The notes under the pieces are model-generated. The model had not been told where the DNA came from and did not search any database. It was given only the letters and a program-made list of their open reading frames with translations. Below are positions 9,528 to 18,447 of a stretch of DNA of 64,000 nt, piece after piece. The stretch spans positions 93,015 to 157,014 of the IMG/VR virus record IMGVR_UViG_3300032073_005220. One strand, 5' to 3'. Numbering within the stretch: the first letter of the stretch is position 1; the number at the start of each line of letters is the position of its first letter. The DNA comes from a virus. A program made the position numbers and the translations under genes.

Positions 9528-9551
9528 CTTATTCGATAATTAGGCTATAAT
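9524..9551 (+). promoter_or_regulatory. Sigma70-like promoter upstream of ssb
   Basis: TTGACT (9524-9529), 16 nt spacer, TATAAT (9546-9551), in one of the few intergenic gaps; AGGAG follows before the ssb ATG. Confidence 0.7.
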
Positions 9552-9601
9552 ACACTATTGTTGTGTTACATTTTTAAATTTTTAGGAGTTAAATTAAAGT
9601 T

Positions 9602-9991
9602 ATGAATATTACTATTTTAAGAGGAAACCTTGCTAGAGATCCAGAGTACAGAACCGTTAATACAAATGGCAAGCAGACAGGAGTAGTCAATTTTACTGTC
9701 GCTGTTTCTAGAGAATACACAAAAGCAAATGGAGAAAGAGATAAGATCGCTTCCTTTATTAATTGTGAAGCTTGGGATACTGGAGCTGAAATTATTAGCA
9801 ATTCTTTTAAGAAGGGCGACTTGGTTCTTGTAGAAGGATCTCTAAGGAATGATAGCTGGGAGAAGGACGGCGTTAAGCATAGCACTCTTAAGGTGAGAGT
9901 AAATAACTTTTCTAAGATTACTAAACTTAGCAGACAACAGAAGAAAGAAAAGGTCTCTTCTGGGCAGGAAAACGAACCCGTTAGCTTCTAA
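9602..9991 (+). CDS. ssb: Single-stranded DNA-binding protein, bacterial type
   Basis: MNITILRGNLARDPE; FTVAVSR; FINCEAW; KGDLVLVEGSLR..SWEKDG; C-terminal tip ENEPVSF. Confidence 0.95.
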   Translation: MNITILRGNLARDPEYRTVNTNGKQTGVVNFTVAVSREYTKANGERDKIASFINCEAWDTGAEIISNSFKKGDLVLVEGSLRNDSWEKDGVKHSTLKVRVNNFSKITKLSRQQKKEKVSSGQENEPVSF

Positions 9992-10010
9992 ATAAAGAAT
10001 GCTTTTAAAA

Positions 10011-10076
10011 ATGGTGTCTGTATTGCTAATCTAAGACTCACTCCTTTAGTTATAGCAATGCAGGCGCCATATTTTT
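10011..10076 (+). terminator. Long RNA stem-loop after ssb (terminator or processing site)
   Basis: ATGGTGTCTGTATTGCTA (10011-10028) pairs with TAGCAATGCAGGCGCCAT (10053-10070): 18 bp including three U-G wobbles on the + transcript, followed by ATTTTT. Confidence 0.7.
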
Positions 10077-10096
10077 ATATTGAAAGTAATTAATAT

Positions 10097-11770
10097 ATGA
10101 CACGAAAACCTAAAATATTAATGGCTACAGAAGCTAGTTTTCTTAGTACTGGCTTTGCCAATTATACTAGAGAACTACTAACAAGACTTCACGCTACCAA
10201 TAAATATGAGATAGCTGAATTTTCTGCATACGGTCATGTGAACGACCCTAAAGACGTTGGCATATCATGGAAATACTACGCCAATGCTGTTAGACCCAAC
10301 GATAAAAGACATCAAGAGTATATGTCTAGCGCAGATAATCAATTTGGAAGATGGCGATTCGATCAAGTAGTGCTGGACTTTAAGCCAGATGCCGTTATAG
10401 ATATTAGAGACTATTGGATGAGTCATTATGAGCAATTCTCTTCATTTAGAGATTTTTTTCATTGGATATTAATGCCAACCGTTGACTCTGCTCCGCAACA
10501 GCAAACTTGGTTAGATACTTACGAATCTGCTAATGCAATATTCACATACTCTGATTTCGGAGCAAAAACTCTAAAGGAACAAACAAACGACAATATCAAT
10601 TATATTGACACTGTTTCTCCAGGCATAGACCTAAATACTTTTTTTCCTGAAACGGAAGAAAATAGAAAATTACTAAAACAACAAATGGGGATACCTGTAG
10701 ATGCGATCATAATTGGATCAGTAATGCGTAATCAAAAGAGAAAACTAATACCGGAACTTGTTAAATCTTTTAGGATAACATTAGACTATTACAGGGAAAA
10801 TAATCCAGAAATTGCAGACAAAATGTATCTGTACTTACATACCAGTTTTCCCGATGCTGGTTGGGATTTGCCAGAAATTCTTAAAGACGAGCAAGTTCTT
10901 AATAAAACAATAATTACATATAATTGCGAGCAATGCAACAATATATCTCCTAGTAATTTTGTAGGACCAAGAGCAATCTGTCCGTTCTGTCATAGCAAAA
11001 CTAGAATCATACCTTCTGTGGCTCAAGGTGTGAGCGTAGAAACATTACGTCGCATATATTCTGTCATGGACATATATGTTCAATATGCTATATGTGAAGG
11101 TTTCGGCATGCCTCAAGTAGAAGCGGCTGCTTGTGGTGTTCCCATCGCTACTGTTAATTATAGCGCTATGGAAGACGTTGTAGAGAAACTAGAAGCATAT
11201 CCTATATCTATAGGTTCGTATTTTAAAGAACTAGAGACAAAAGCTATTAGGGTATATCCTGACAACCAAAGTTTAAAAAATATTTTAATAGAATTTCTAA
11301 ACAAGACAGAAAAAGAAAAACAAGATATTAGAGCAAGAACAAGAGCATTAACAGAAAAGCATTATAATTGGGAAAACATAGCTAAAAAATGGCAGAATTA
11401 TTTAGACACTATTCCGTCTAGTGAAGCAAAATGGCAGGAACCTCCTAATTTTCTTGTTCCTATAGATCCAAATATCTGTAACGAAAATCCACAGAATATA
11501 AACCATATGGCATTAATGACCAGCATATGTATAAATAATTTAAAAAATATAAAATTGATATCTAGCAAGAGAATATTAAATATTTTACAAAATTTAGAAT
11601 ACGGTTATGTGCAGCAGGGACCTAATGTTAGATCCTATGGATTAAAACAAGCTGTAGAAGAACTCAATGTATATATACAAAATATTAACAACTCAGAAAA
11701 AGCCAGAACCTCTAACTATAAATCAGAAGAAGATTATATAAAATACTCTAAAATAAAGGCTTCTACATGA
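10097..11770 (+). CDS. Glycosyltransferase, GT-B fold (GT4-like), with inserted Zn ribbon
   Basis: KILMATE...TGFA; IGSVMRNQKRK; DIYVQYAICEGFGMPQVEAAACGVP (EX7E signature); YNWENIAKKW; insert CEQC...CPFC. Confidence 0.9.
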   Translation: MTRKPKILMATEASFLSTGFANYTRELLTRLHATNKYEIAEFSAYGHVNDPKDVGISWKYYANAVRPNDKRHQEYMSSADNQFGRWRFDQVVLDFKPDAVIDIRDYWMSHYEQFSSFRDFFHWILMPTVDSAPQQQTWLDTYESANAIFTYSDFGAKTLKEQTNDNINYIDTVSPGIDLNTFFPETEENRKLLKQQMGIPVDAIIIGSVMRNQKRKLIPELVKSFRITLDYYRENNPEIADKMYLYLHTSFPDAGWDLPEILKDEQVLNKTIITYNCEQCNNISPSNFVGPRAICPFCHSKTRIIPSVAQGVSVETLRRIYSVMDIYVQYAICEGFGMPQVEAAACGVPIATVNYSAMEDVVEKLEAYPISIGSYFKELETKAIRVYPDNQSLKNILIEFLNKTEKEKQDIRARTRALTEKHYNWENIAKKWQNYLDTIPSSEAKWQEPPNFLVPIDPNICNENPQNINHMALMTSICINNLKNIKLISSKRILNILQNLEYGYVQQGPNVRSYGLKQAVEELNVYIQNINNSEKARTSNYKSEEDYIKYSKIKAST

Positions 11771-12744
11771 ATATTTTAGTGTTTAGTCCTTACAGGCATA
11801 TGAACAATCTAGGAATATATTCTGCTTTTTTATTAAAAAATTGCTTTGCTGAACACCAAAATGTAACTTACAGACACATAAATGTTAATAATGCACCAAC
11901 AGACTATAATAAAAAATTGGAGTCTGAAGCTCTTGACAAATATGATGTAGTTATCCAACATTGTCCTTATGATTATATTAACTATATTCCAGGCATAAAA
12001 AACATATGGATTCCGATCATAGATAATTTGTGTCATATACAAGATCCTTATATCGAAGATCTTGTGAAAAATATGGATCTTATATGTATAGAAAATCCAT
12101 TCACAGAAATGGTTATAGCTAAATCCATTAAAGACTCGACAAAAATTAGACTGTTTGACTTTAAGCTAGACAGTAATGATATAAAAGAATGCAATAATAT
12201 AGATTTTGGCATGCTTAACTCATCACATAAATATTACAGTGTTTTAGATTATAATTTAGATGAATTAGTTTTATTTAATCTTATTAAAAACTTCATAGCA
12301 GTCTATAGGAATAACACAGACTTCTCTTTAATAATTTTACTTGCTTGTTCACCAGAACAATATGATAACGTGACTAAAGCAATAGAACAACTATCTAAAA
12401 ATCTCTCTATAACAGGAAACTTGTCAAATATAAAAATATATGCAACAGCAAACATATCACTTCCAGATACGCTGCCTCTGCACAAAAGTTGTGACACATA
12501 TCTTAATATTGAGAACAATACAGAAAGCATACATAAGCGATTCGCTGAGTTATACGGCTCTTCCGTGTCGGAAAAAATTGATTCAGACTACTCTGAGGCT
12601 TATGGCTATATGAATAATTCTTGCTTCGGATACAAGAACAAAGTATATTCTTTAGTATCTGACAGTTTTGATAACATATATAAAGTATCAAACAAATCAC
12701 CAGATCGCCAAAAAACCTTAATGGAGATTTTAAGTGAAAAATAA
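11767..12744 (+). CDS. Divergent glycosyltransferase-like protein
   Basis: MNILVFSPY, YDVVIQH, LIKNFIAVY...FSLII, LHKSCDTYL resemble a GT-B layout, but there is no EGFG..E motif. ATGA overlap with the upstream GT. Confidence 0.5.
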   Translation: MNILVFSPYRHMNNLGIYSAFLLKNCFAEHQNVTYRHINVNNAPTDYNKKLESEALDKYDVVIQHCPYDYINYIPGIKNIWIPIIDNLCHIQDPYIEDLVKNMDLICIENPFTEMVIAKSIKDSTKIRLFDFKLDSNDIKECNNIDFGMLNSSHKYYSVLDYNLDELVLFNLIKNFIAVYRNNTDFSLIILLACSPEQYDNVTKAIEQLSKNLSITGNLSNIKIYATANISLPDTLPLHKSCDTYLNIENNTESIHKRFAELYGSSVSEKIDSDYSEAYGYMNNSCFGYKNKVYSLVSDSFDNIYKVSNKSPDRQKTLMEILSEK

Positions 12745-13534
12745 TATTAATAATATATATAGTATTATATCTAAAAATATCAATATCAGCTATGCTGAAA
12801 ATCCACTAAATAGCTCTGTTATAATTAATCAGATCTCAGAAATATATAATACGCTACCACTACATCATAGCTTGCAATATGGTATAAGGTCTAGTTATTG
12901 TTTGTTTTTTGATCCTATCAATCAAGAACAAGATATTTTATTGGCTAAGTCAAATAATATACAGCCAATATTGTTATTAAATCATATTCCTCAGCAATTA
13001 GCCAAGAAAGAGGATTTTTATCTATTTAATGAATCTCATAAAGACACGTATAAAATTACAATGTTTCCCAGTTTGTTGAATATCTTTCAAACAGACGTTG
13101 TTTTGATAGATAGACCTCAGATATCTTCTGAGAATATAGAGAAACTAAAAAACAAAAGTAAGTATGACGCACTGATTTTATGCTCAAACCAATCTTTGGG
13201 ACAATCTATAAATCAGGCAATAAGGTCGTTTAATCCTAATTATCAGATAAATTATATGGAGTCATACTCAAATATTAAGCATTTGGAAAATTTATATCAA
13301 CAAGTATCGGAGTATAGCCTAATAGTAACAATAAATGACGAGCTACTTGCGCAGGTAGCGATGGATCTTAACATAAGAGCTATTAGTAATTTGGATATAG
13401 AAGGTGTTGAAAAATGTAATAGTACGAAAGATGTATCTGAATTATTAAACAACCCAACATCAAATAAGGTTGTAGAATTTAAAAAATATGATTTTGAAAA
13501 TAGTTTTAAAACATATATAAACAACTTAACTTAA
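12734..13534 (+). CDS. Hypothetical protein (possible degenerate GT-B fold)
   Basis: 266-aa ORF overlapping the upstream stop; alternating beta/alpha pattern; no catalytic motif recognised. Confidence 0.6.
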   Translation: MKNNINNIYSIISKNINISYAENPLNSSVIINQISEIYNTLPLHHSLQYGIRSSYCLFFDPINQEQDILLAKSNNIQPILLLNHIPQQLAKKEDFYLFNESHKDTYKITMFPSLLNIFQTDVVLIDRPQISSENIEKLKNKSKYDALILCSNQSLGQSINQAIRSFNPNYQINYMESYSNIKHLENLYQQVSEYSLIVTINDELLAQVAMDLNIRAISNLDIEGVEKCNSTKDVSELLNNPTSNKVVEFKKYDFENSFKTYINNLT

Positions 13535-13546
13535 CAGGATCAGTTT

Positions 13547-13969
13547 ATGAGTAAGAATATATTTATACTAAATAGCCCAAATGATGTCAATCCTTTTAAG
13601 GATCAAGTTACTTTTGATCCTGTGTCCATCTCGAACTTAGATCAATTAACAAATAATTATTGTAATATAATATGTGTTACATGTATTGAGGATGTAGATT
13701 TAGAAAATAGAGATAAAATATTTCAAAGTATAATTACAAAACTTAGGCCTAGCGGAGAGGCTATAATTATTATAAACGACAAAAAAAACTTATGTAGACT
13801 ATACCTGGACAATGTCATAGACGACGATATGTTTGTAGGCCAAATTGCTCAGTCTAGATATGCTATCAACGAAAAAAACATACTTGATAGTCTTCAAGAT
13901 CATTTCAATGTGATAAACATCAATAAAAACAATGGGAAAATAGTATTACATTTGGGCAAAAAACAATGA
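13547..13969 (+). CDS. Degenerate class I SAM-methyltransferase-like protein
   Basis: CNIICVTCIEDV...IFQSIITKLRPSGEAIII matches the MTase motif IV to LKPGG region; the glycine-rich motif I is absent. AGGA upstream. Confidence 0.5.
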   Translation: MSKNIFILNSPNDVNPFKDQVTFDPVSISNLDQLTNNYCNIICVTCIEDVDLENRDKIFQSIITKLRPSGEAIIIINDKKNLCRLYLDNVIDDDMFVGQIAQSRYAINEKNILDSLQDHFNVININKNNGKIVLHLGKKQ

Positions 13970-14757
13970 AAACTAAATGCAAAGAATGTTTGTATCTATC
14001 AGAAGATAAACAGTGCGAACACGATATCCATTCTCTGATATCTAATAAAATAGATTATGATCAACAAGCATATCCTGAGATTAATGAATATAGGTGTTTG
14101 TATGCTTTTCCTAAAAATTTCAGTACTCATCAAGAGCTGAAAGATTCAACATTAGACCAATTAGAAGAATTTAGACTGTCTAAAATACCGAAAATAAAAA
14201 CAAGTATAATAGTAGATGGTTTCAAGCAGTCTTATGAAGAGATATATAAAACTATAGAGTCTTTAATGCCTATTCTAAATAACGATAATCAGAATATTGT
14301 GTCTACAGACTTATGCGTACTACTTTGTAGTGAACAAAAAGACAAATTAAAATTTGTGGAATATTTAGAAAATAATATCAAAATTAAATGGAAATGTTCT
14401 TCAATGAAGCTTTGTTTGAATCTTTCTCATAAATTCCTATTCTCATTACAGCATATCGATCAAAAGTCAAAAATGATATTATATGTTAAAGCGGGTCACG
14501 ACCCGATAAAAACTCAGCGTGTTATAGATGAGACTGTAAACGTATCTATAATTGAGCAAAGACCCTACGTATTTTTGCATAACGATAGTCTTGATTTAGT
14601 AGACCAATTTGATTGCTTCTCTTGCAATCTAATCAATTTTAATACGTTAAAAAGACACAATACGTCAGATACGGATACTCAAGCAGATAAAAACCTAATT
14701 TATGAATGGGTTTCCAGAGAAAATAAACCAGAATTAATAATTAATGTCAATAAATAA
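13966..14757 (+). CDS. Hypothetical protein with N-terminal Cys cluster (possible degenerate GT-A-like domain)
   Basis: CKEC..C N-terminus; ATGA overlap with the upstream gene; TSIIV...EEIYKTIESL loosely resembles a GT2 N-terminus. Confidence 0.55.
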   Translation: MKTKCKECLYLSEDKQCEHDIHSLISNKIDYDQQAYPEINEYRCLYAFPKNFSTHQELKDSTLDQLEEFRLSKIPKIKTSIIVDGFKQSYEEIYKTIESLMPILNNDNQNIVSTDLCVLLCSEQKDKLKFVEYLENNIKIKWKCSSMKLCLNLSHKFLFSLQHIDQKSKMILYVKAGHDPIKTQRVIDETVNVSIIEQRPYVFLHNDSLDLVDQFDCFSCNLINFNTLKRHNTSDTDTQADKNLIYEWVSRENKPELIINVNK

Positions 14758-15448
14758 ACTTACAGCTATTGTATTATACACAGATCTAATTAAAGGAGCT
14801 AAAACCAAGCAATGCAAGTCTATATGTAGCATAAATAAAAAAACAACAGTAATACAAGAACAAATTGCCTCTCTTAAGAAAATAAACAGAAGAATAGAAA
14901 TTATTATTTTGGCAGGCAAAGGCCATAAAGACATACATAAGGTTTTAGAAGAAACTAAAAATACTAACAAGGTAAAGCTAGTCTGCGTAGATGAGTATCT
15001 TCATGTTAATCAAGGCCAAGTATTCTTGAACGCAATAAATAAATTAAATGTCGAAAATAATGTGTTGCTTATATTAGGAGAAATATTATTTAAGAATATA
15101 TGTTGTAAAAAGCTTTCTAATAATACTACTTGGCTCATAGACAAAAAGAGAGATGACTTTAATATAAACTGTAGAACTTCAGAAAATGACTCTGCGCAAT
15201 ATTTCTTTTATGACTTGCCAAACGAAAAGCAGTGGTCAGAAATTATTTTCCTTCATCATGACACTATAAAACAAATTAAACAATCCACAGAAGTCAGCAA
15301 CAAGATAAAACAAATATTTATGTTTGAACTACTAAATAAACTAATAGATAATTCTATAAAAATAGATACGCAGAAGATAAGATATAGAGACATTATTAAA
15401 GTTAGAGCTAGTAAAAATATACACAAAGCAAAGGCCTTTATTAGATGA
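14744..15448 (+). CDS. Degenerate sugar/choline-phosphate nucleotidyltransferase-like protein (NTP_transferase fold)
   Basis: TAIVL...K...I....VIQEQI..L.....IIILAG....I and VLLILGEILF follow the LicC/GlmU pattern, but LAAGxGxR is replaced by LYTDLIKG and GD by GE. Confidence 0.6.
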   Translation: MSINKLTAIVLYTDLIKGAKTKQCKSICSINKKTTVIQEQIASLKKINRRIEIIILAGKGHKDIHKVLEETKNTNKVKLVCVDEYLHVNQGQVFLNAINKLNVENNVLLILGEILFKNICCKKLSNNTTWLIDKKRDDFNINCRTSENDSAQYFFYDLPNEKQWSEIIFLHHDTIKQIKQSTEVSNKIKQIFMFELLNKLIDNSIKIDTQKIRYRDIIKVRASKNIHKAKAFIR

Positions 15449-16146
15449 CAACACTAATACAATATCATACAGATAAATTTATCAAATCTCTAGCAGGAAA
15501 TCTAGAAAATAGTATATTATCTAATATAGACGGAGTATTGTATTCGCTATATTTCCAATATAATTTTGACAATGTTTGTTTTGTTGTTGATGGTAAAATT
15601 TCAACAGAAGTAAACAACTTTATTATTGAGTTTCAAGAAGCCAAAAATATTATTTTGTATTATGCAAACAATACTGAAGACTACAGTGAGACATTCAAAT
15701 ATGTTAAACATATTACCAGAAACGGACTATCTTTAAAAGGAAAGCATTTAGAATTACCCGAAATCATAGTAGACACCAACATATTCACTAAAACAAACGA
15801 AGAAACAAGAAAAGATAAGTATTGCGTATTCTTAAATTATGCTAAAAGCTTACCGGACGATCTGTCTTGCTTGCTATATCCTAATACAAATATACCGATT
15901 AATATGTTTGATTCTCCATATATTCCACATACGCAAAATTTAGGTATTGTTGCTTCCGAATTAGAAAAGTCTAAAATATTAAATAGATATAAATATTTTA
16001 TAGACATAGATCAACAATATGTTTACGAGGCTTATCTTTGCGGATGCACCTTAGTTAGTATAGACTGTAATAAGAATATAAGTAATGTTTCGGTAGACAA
16101 AAATAAAATCGTATCTCTTAGCAATATAATCAAGGACATATTATGA
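15445..16146 (+). CDS. Hypothetical glycosyltransferase-like protein
   Basis: C-terminal KSKILNRYKYFI...YEAYLCGC resembles the GT-B EAxxCG motif; ATGA overlap. Confidence 0.5.
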   Translation: MTTLIQYHTDKFIKSLAGNLENSILSNIDGVLYSLYFQYNFDNVCFVVDGKISTEVNNFIIEFQEAKNIILYYANNTEDYSETFKYVKHITRNGLSLKGKHLELPEIIVDTNIFTKTNEETRKDKYCVFLNYAKSLPDDLSCLLYPNTNIPINMFDSPYIPHTQNLGIVASELEKSKILNRYKYFIDIDQQYVYEAYLCGCTLVSIDCNKNISNVSVDKNKIVSLSNIIKDIL

Positions 16147-16604
16147 TAGATAATGTAGGCTTCTTTCTTCCTAAGCTAGACGGAGAAAAACACACAGCTA
16201 TTGTAGAACATATATCTACTTATATCTCTAACAATAAAAATAAACAAGTCGTTATATTCTGCAGTAATTCTAACATTATTTTTCCTTGGAATGTACCTGT
16301 TTTACACATTAATGAAGCAAAATATTTTGATGGATCTATAGTTGTATTCGATATACTTTCTGCTTTAATAATTAAAGATTTCAAAACACATAACAATAAA
16401 TACTTTTGGTTAGGCAGCGCGATACCTTGGTCTTCACAACCTTCTGAGAACTATAGAACATTTGAAGACATTTTTGATAATACGGACATGAAACTAATAG
16501 TAACAGATAATACAATACAAGATATATATGAAATATGTTTTAATAAACCAGAATACGTATCCCAAGAGTTTAACCATGAAAACTTACAAAGAATTATCAG
16601 ATAA
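16143..16604 (+). CDS. Hypothetical protein
   Basis: 153-aa ORF with ATGA overlap to the upstream gene; Rossmann-like beta/alpha pattern. Confidence 0.65.
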   Translation: MIDNVGFFLPKLDGEKHTAIVEHISTYISNNKNKQVVIFCSNSNIIFPWNVPVLHINEAKYFDGSIVVFDILSALIIKDFKTHNNKYFWLGSAIPWSSQPSENYRTFEDIFDNTDMKLIVTDNTIQDIYEICFNKPEYVSQEFNHENLQRIIR

Positions 16605-17364
16605 AGAAAAAAAGACCATCATACAAAAATTGTATGAAAAAGAAAATAAAAGCTTTGCAGACATAGCAAAAGAATACGATACATATGCTAATAAGATTAG
16701 AAGAGATGCTATAAAATATAAAATTAATATTAAGAATAAAAGCGAAGCTCAAAAATTAGTATTATCTACAGGAAAAACCAAACACCCTACTAAAGGCAAG
16801 CAGAGAACAGAAGAAGAGAAAAACAATATAGGTATGGGTGTTTATAAAGCTTGGCAAAATATGGACGAAGAAATTCTAGAAAAAAGAAAACAAAAAAGTG
16901 CTGAAAATTGGCAAAAAATAGACAGACATAAAAAAGAAAATATGATGAACCAAGCTAATAAAGCTGTTAGACTAGCAAGTAAAACAGGATCAAAATTAGA
17001 AAAATTTTTCCTACAAGGCTTAATAGATGCTGGTTATAGAGTAGAATTTCACAAACAACAAGTTTTAGGAAATACCAAGCTTGAAATTGACCTGTTTCTG
17101 CCTACTATAAACATAGCGGTAGAAGTTGACGGACCCTCCCATTTCAAAGAGATATGGGGTTCTGACAATTTAAAGAAAAATCAAACATATGATAGAAAGA
17201 AAACAGGACTAATATTGGGCAGAGGTTGGTATTTAGTCAGAGTAAAACAAGATAAAGATTTCTCTAAGTCTTATGCTAATATTTTACTTAGCAAACTACT
17301 GCAACAAATATCAACTATAGAATCTAATGGAAGTAATATTAAAGAATTTTTTATAGAGGAATAA
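16576..17364 (+). CDS. Vsr/DUF559-type endonuclease with N-terminal HTH (putative free-standing homing endonuclease)
   Basis: SFADIAKEYDTYANKIRR (HTH); KGKQRTEEEK..I (NUMOD3-like); EIDLFLP..IAVEVDGPSHF...DRKK...GWYLVRV. The likely start is ATG 16576 (track start 16528). Confidence 0.75.
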   Translation: MKTYKELSDKEKKTIIQKLYEKENKSFADIAKEYDTYANKIRRDAIKYKINIKNKSEAQKLVLSTGKTKHPTKGKQRTEEEKNNIGMGVYKAWQNMDEEILEKRKQKSAENWQKIDRHKKENMMNQANKAVRLASKTGSKLEKFFLQGLIDAGYRVEFHKQQVLGNTKLEIDLFLPTINIAVEVDGPSHFKEIWGSDNLKKNQTYDRKKTGLILGRGWYLVRVKQDKDFSKSYANILLSKLLQQISTIESNGSNIKEFFIEE

Positions 17365-17365
17365 A

Positions 17366-18094
17366 ATGGCTAAAAAGCAAACTAAAGTACAAAAAACAGA
17401 AACTCCAGAAGCACAGGAACCACAAGAGATTTCCAAGCCTGATATTAATTCATTAGAATGGAACGATTATGTTCTAGGTCTATTATCAGAAGAAGAAAAA
17501 ATTGCTGGCAACCCTACGACGGATGGATTGAGAAGAGTATTCGAAATAGCTTTAGATTGTGTGATTATAGACTCAACTTCAGAAGTTGTGCAATCTCCAA
17601 GTCCAGACAACGAAAAAAGAGCAACAGTAGTGCATTCTCTAAGCTATTTTTTAAATGATGAGTCATTGCCAGTAGAAATTAAAGCAAGGGCTGTCAACGG
17701 AGCTGCTGACGTCTACTGGGGTAATTGTGATAAGGTTTATAGAAATCATCCTGTTGCAGTGGCTGAAACCAGAGCTGAAGGCCGAGCTCTTAGAAGGGGT
17801 CTTAAGTTAAGAAAGGTTATAGCAGCAGAAGAAGTGGCCAATGAAATTGAGGATGATCCGGATGGTATTAGTGTCTCAAAAATAACAAATAATCAAATTA
17901 ATTTCATTGACGTTTTGTCTAAAAGGCTTAATATAAATGTAAATAACATGTTGACGATTAAAAATATTACAGAATCTATATATAATGTATCTCATACAGA
18001 TGCTGTGACTTTAATTAGAGACTTGTCTAAATATCAGCAAAAAGTATCAGATATACCAGAGAATATCATCGGATACGATTCCTCGTGGAAATAA
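17366..18094 (+). CDS. Rad52/Sak-like single-strand annealing protein
   Basis: DGLRRV...ATV...GAADV...VAVAETRAEGRALRRGL, similar to the Rad52-fold terminal helix; replication-module context. Confidence 0.6.
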   Translation: MAKKQTKVQKTETPEAQEPQEISKPDINSLEWNDYVLGLLSEEEKIAGNPTTDGLRRVFEIALDCVIIDSTSEVVQSPSPDNEKRATVVHSLSYFLNDESLPVEIKARAVNGAADVYWGNCDKVYRNHPVAVAETRAEGRALRRGLKLRKVIAAEEVANEIEDDPDGISVSKITNNQINFIDVLSKRLNINVNNMLTIKNITESIYNVSHTDAVTLIRDLSKYQQKVSDIPENIIGYDSSWK

Positions 18095-18106
18095 AGGTAA
18101 AATATT

Positions 18107-18427
18107 ATGAAAGCCAAATATAAAGTAGGCGATAAACTTGAGTTTGAATTAGATGGTGCTGGCCAGAAAGAACTTTTTAAAGAAATCGCTAGTATTCAAG
18201 AAATTTTTGGAGAAACTAAATGCGGAATATGTGGATCCGAAAATATTAAGTTTGTAGTAAGAGTTGTAGACGATAATGAATATTATGAATTGCGTTGCAT
18301 GGATTGTGGAGCAATCCTCTCGTATGGTCAACACAAAAAAGGCGGAACACTCTTCCCGAAAAGAAAAGATGCTGATGGTAAATGGATGAAGAATAATGGT
18401 TGGTATAAATATGATCCAAAAGCTTAA
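18107..18427 (+). CDS. Small Zn-ribbon protein
   Basis: CGIC...CMDC; last gene of the + arm; AAGG upstream. Confidence 0.75.
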   Translation: MKAKYKVGDKLEFELDGAGQKELFKEIASIQEIFGETKCGICGSENIKFVVRVVDDNEYYELRCMDCGAILSYGQHKKGGTLFPKRKDADGKWMKNNGWYKYDPKA

Positions 18428-18447
18428 AATATAACCACCAATACCTA

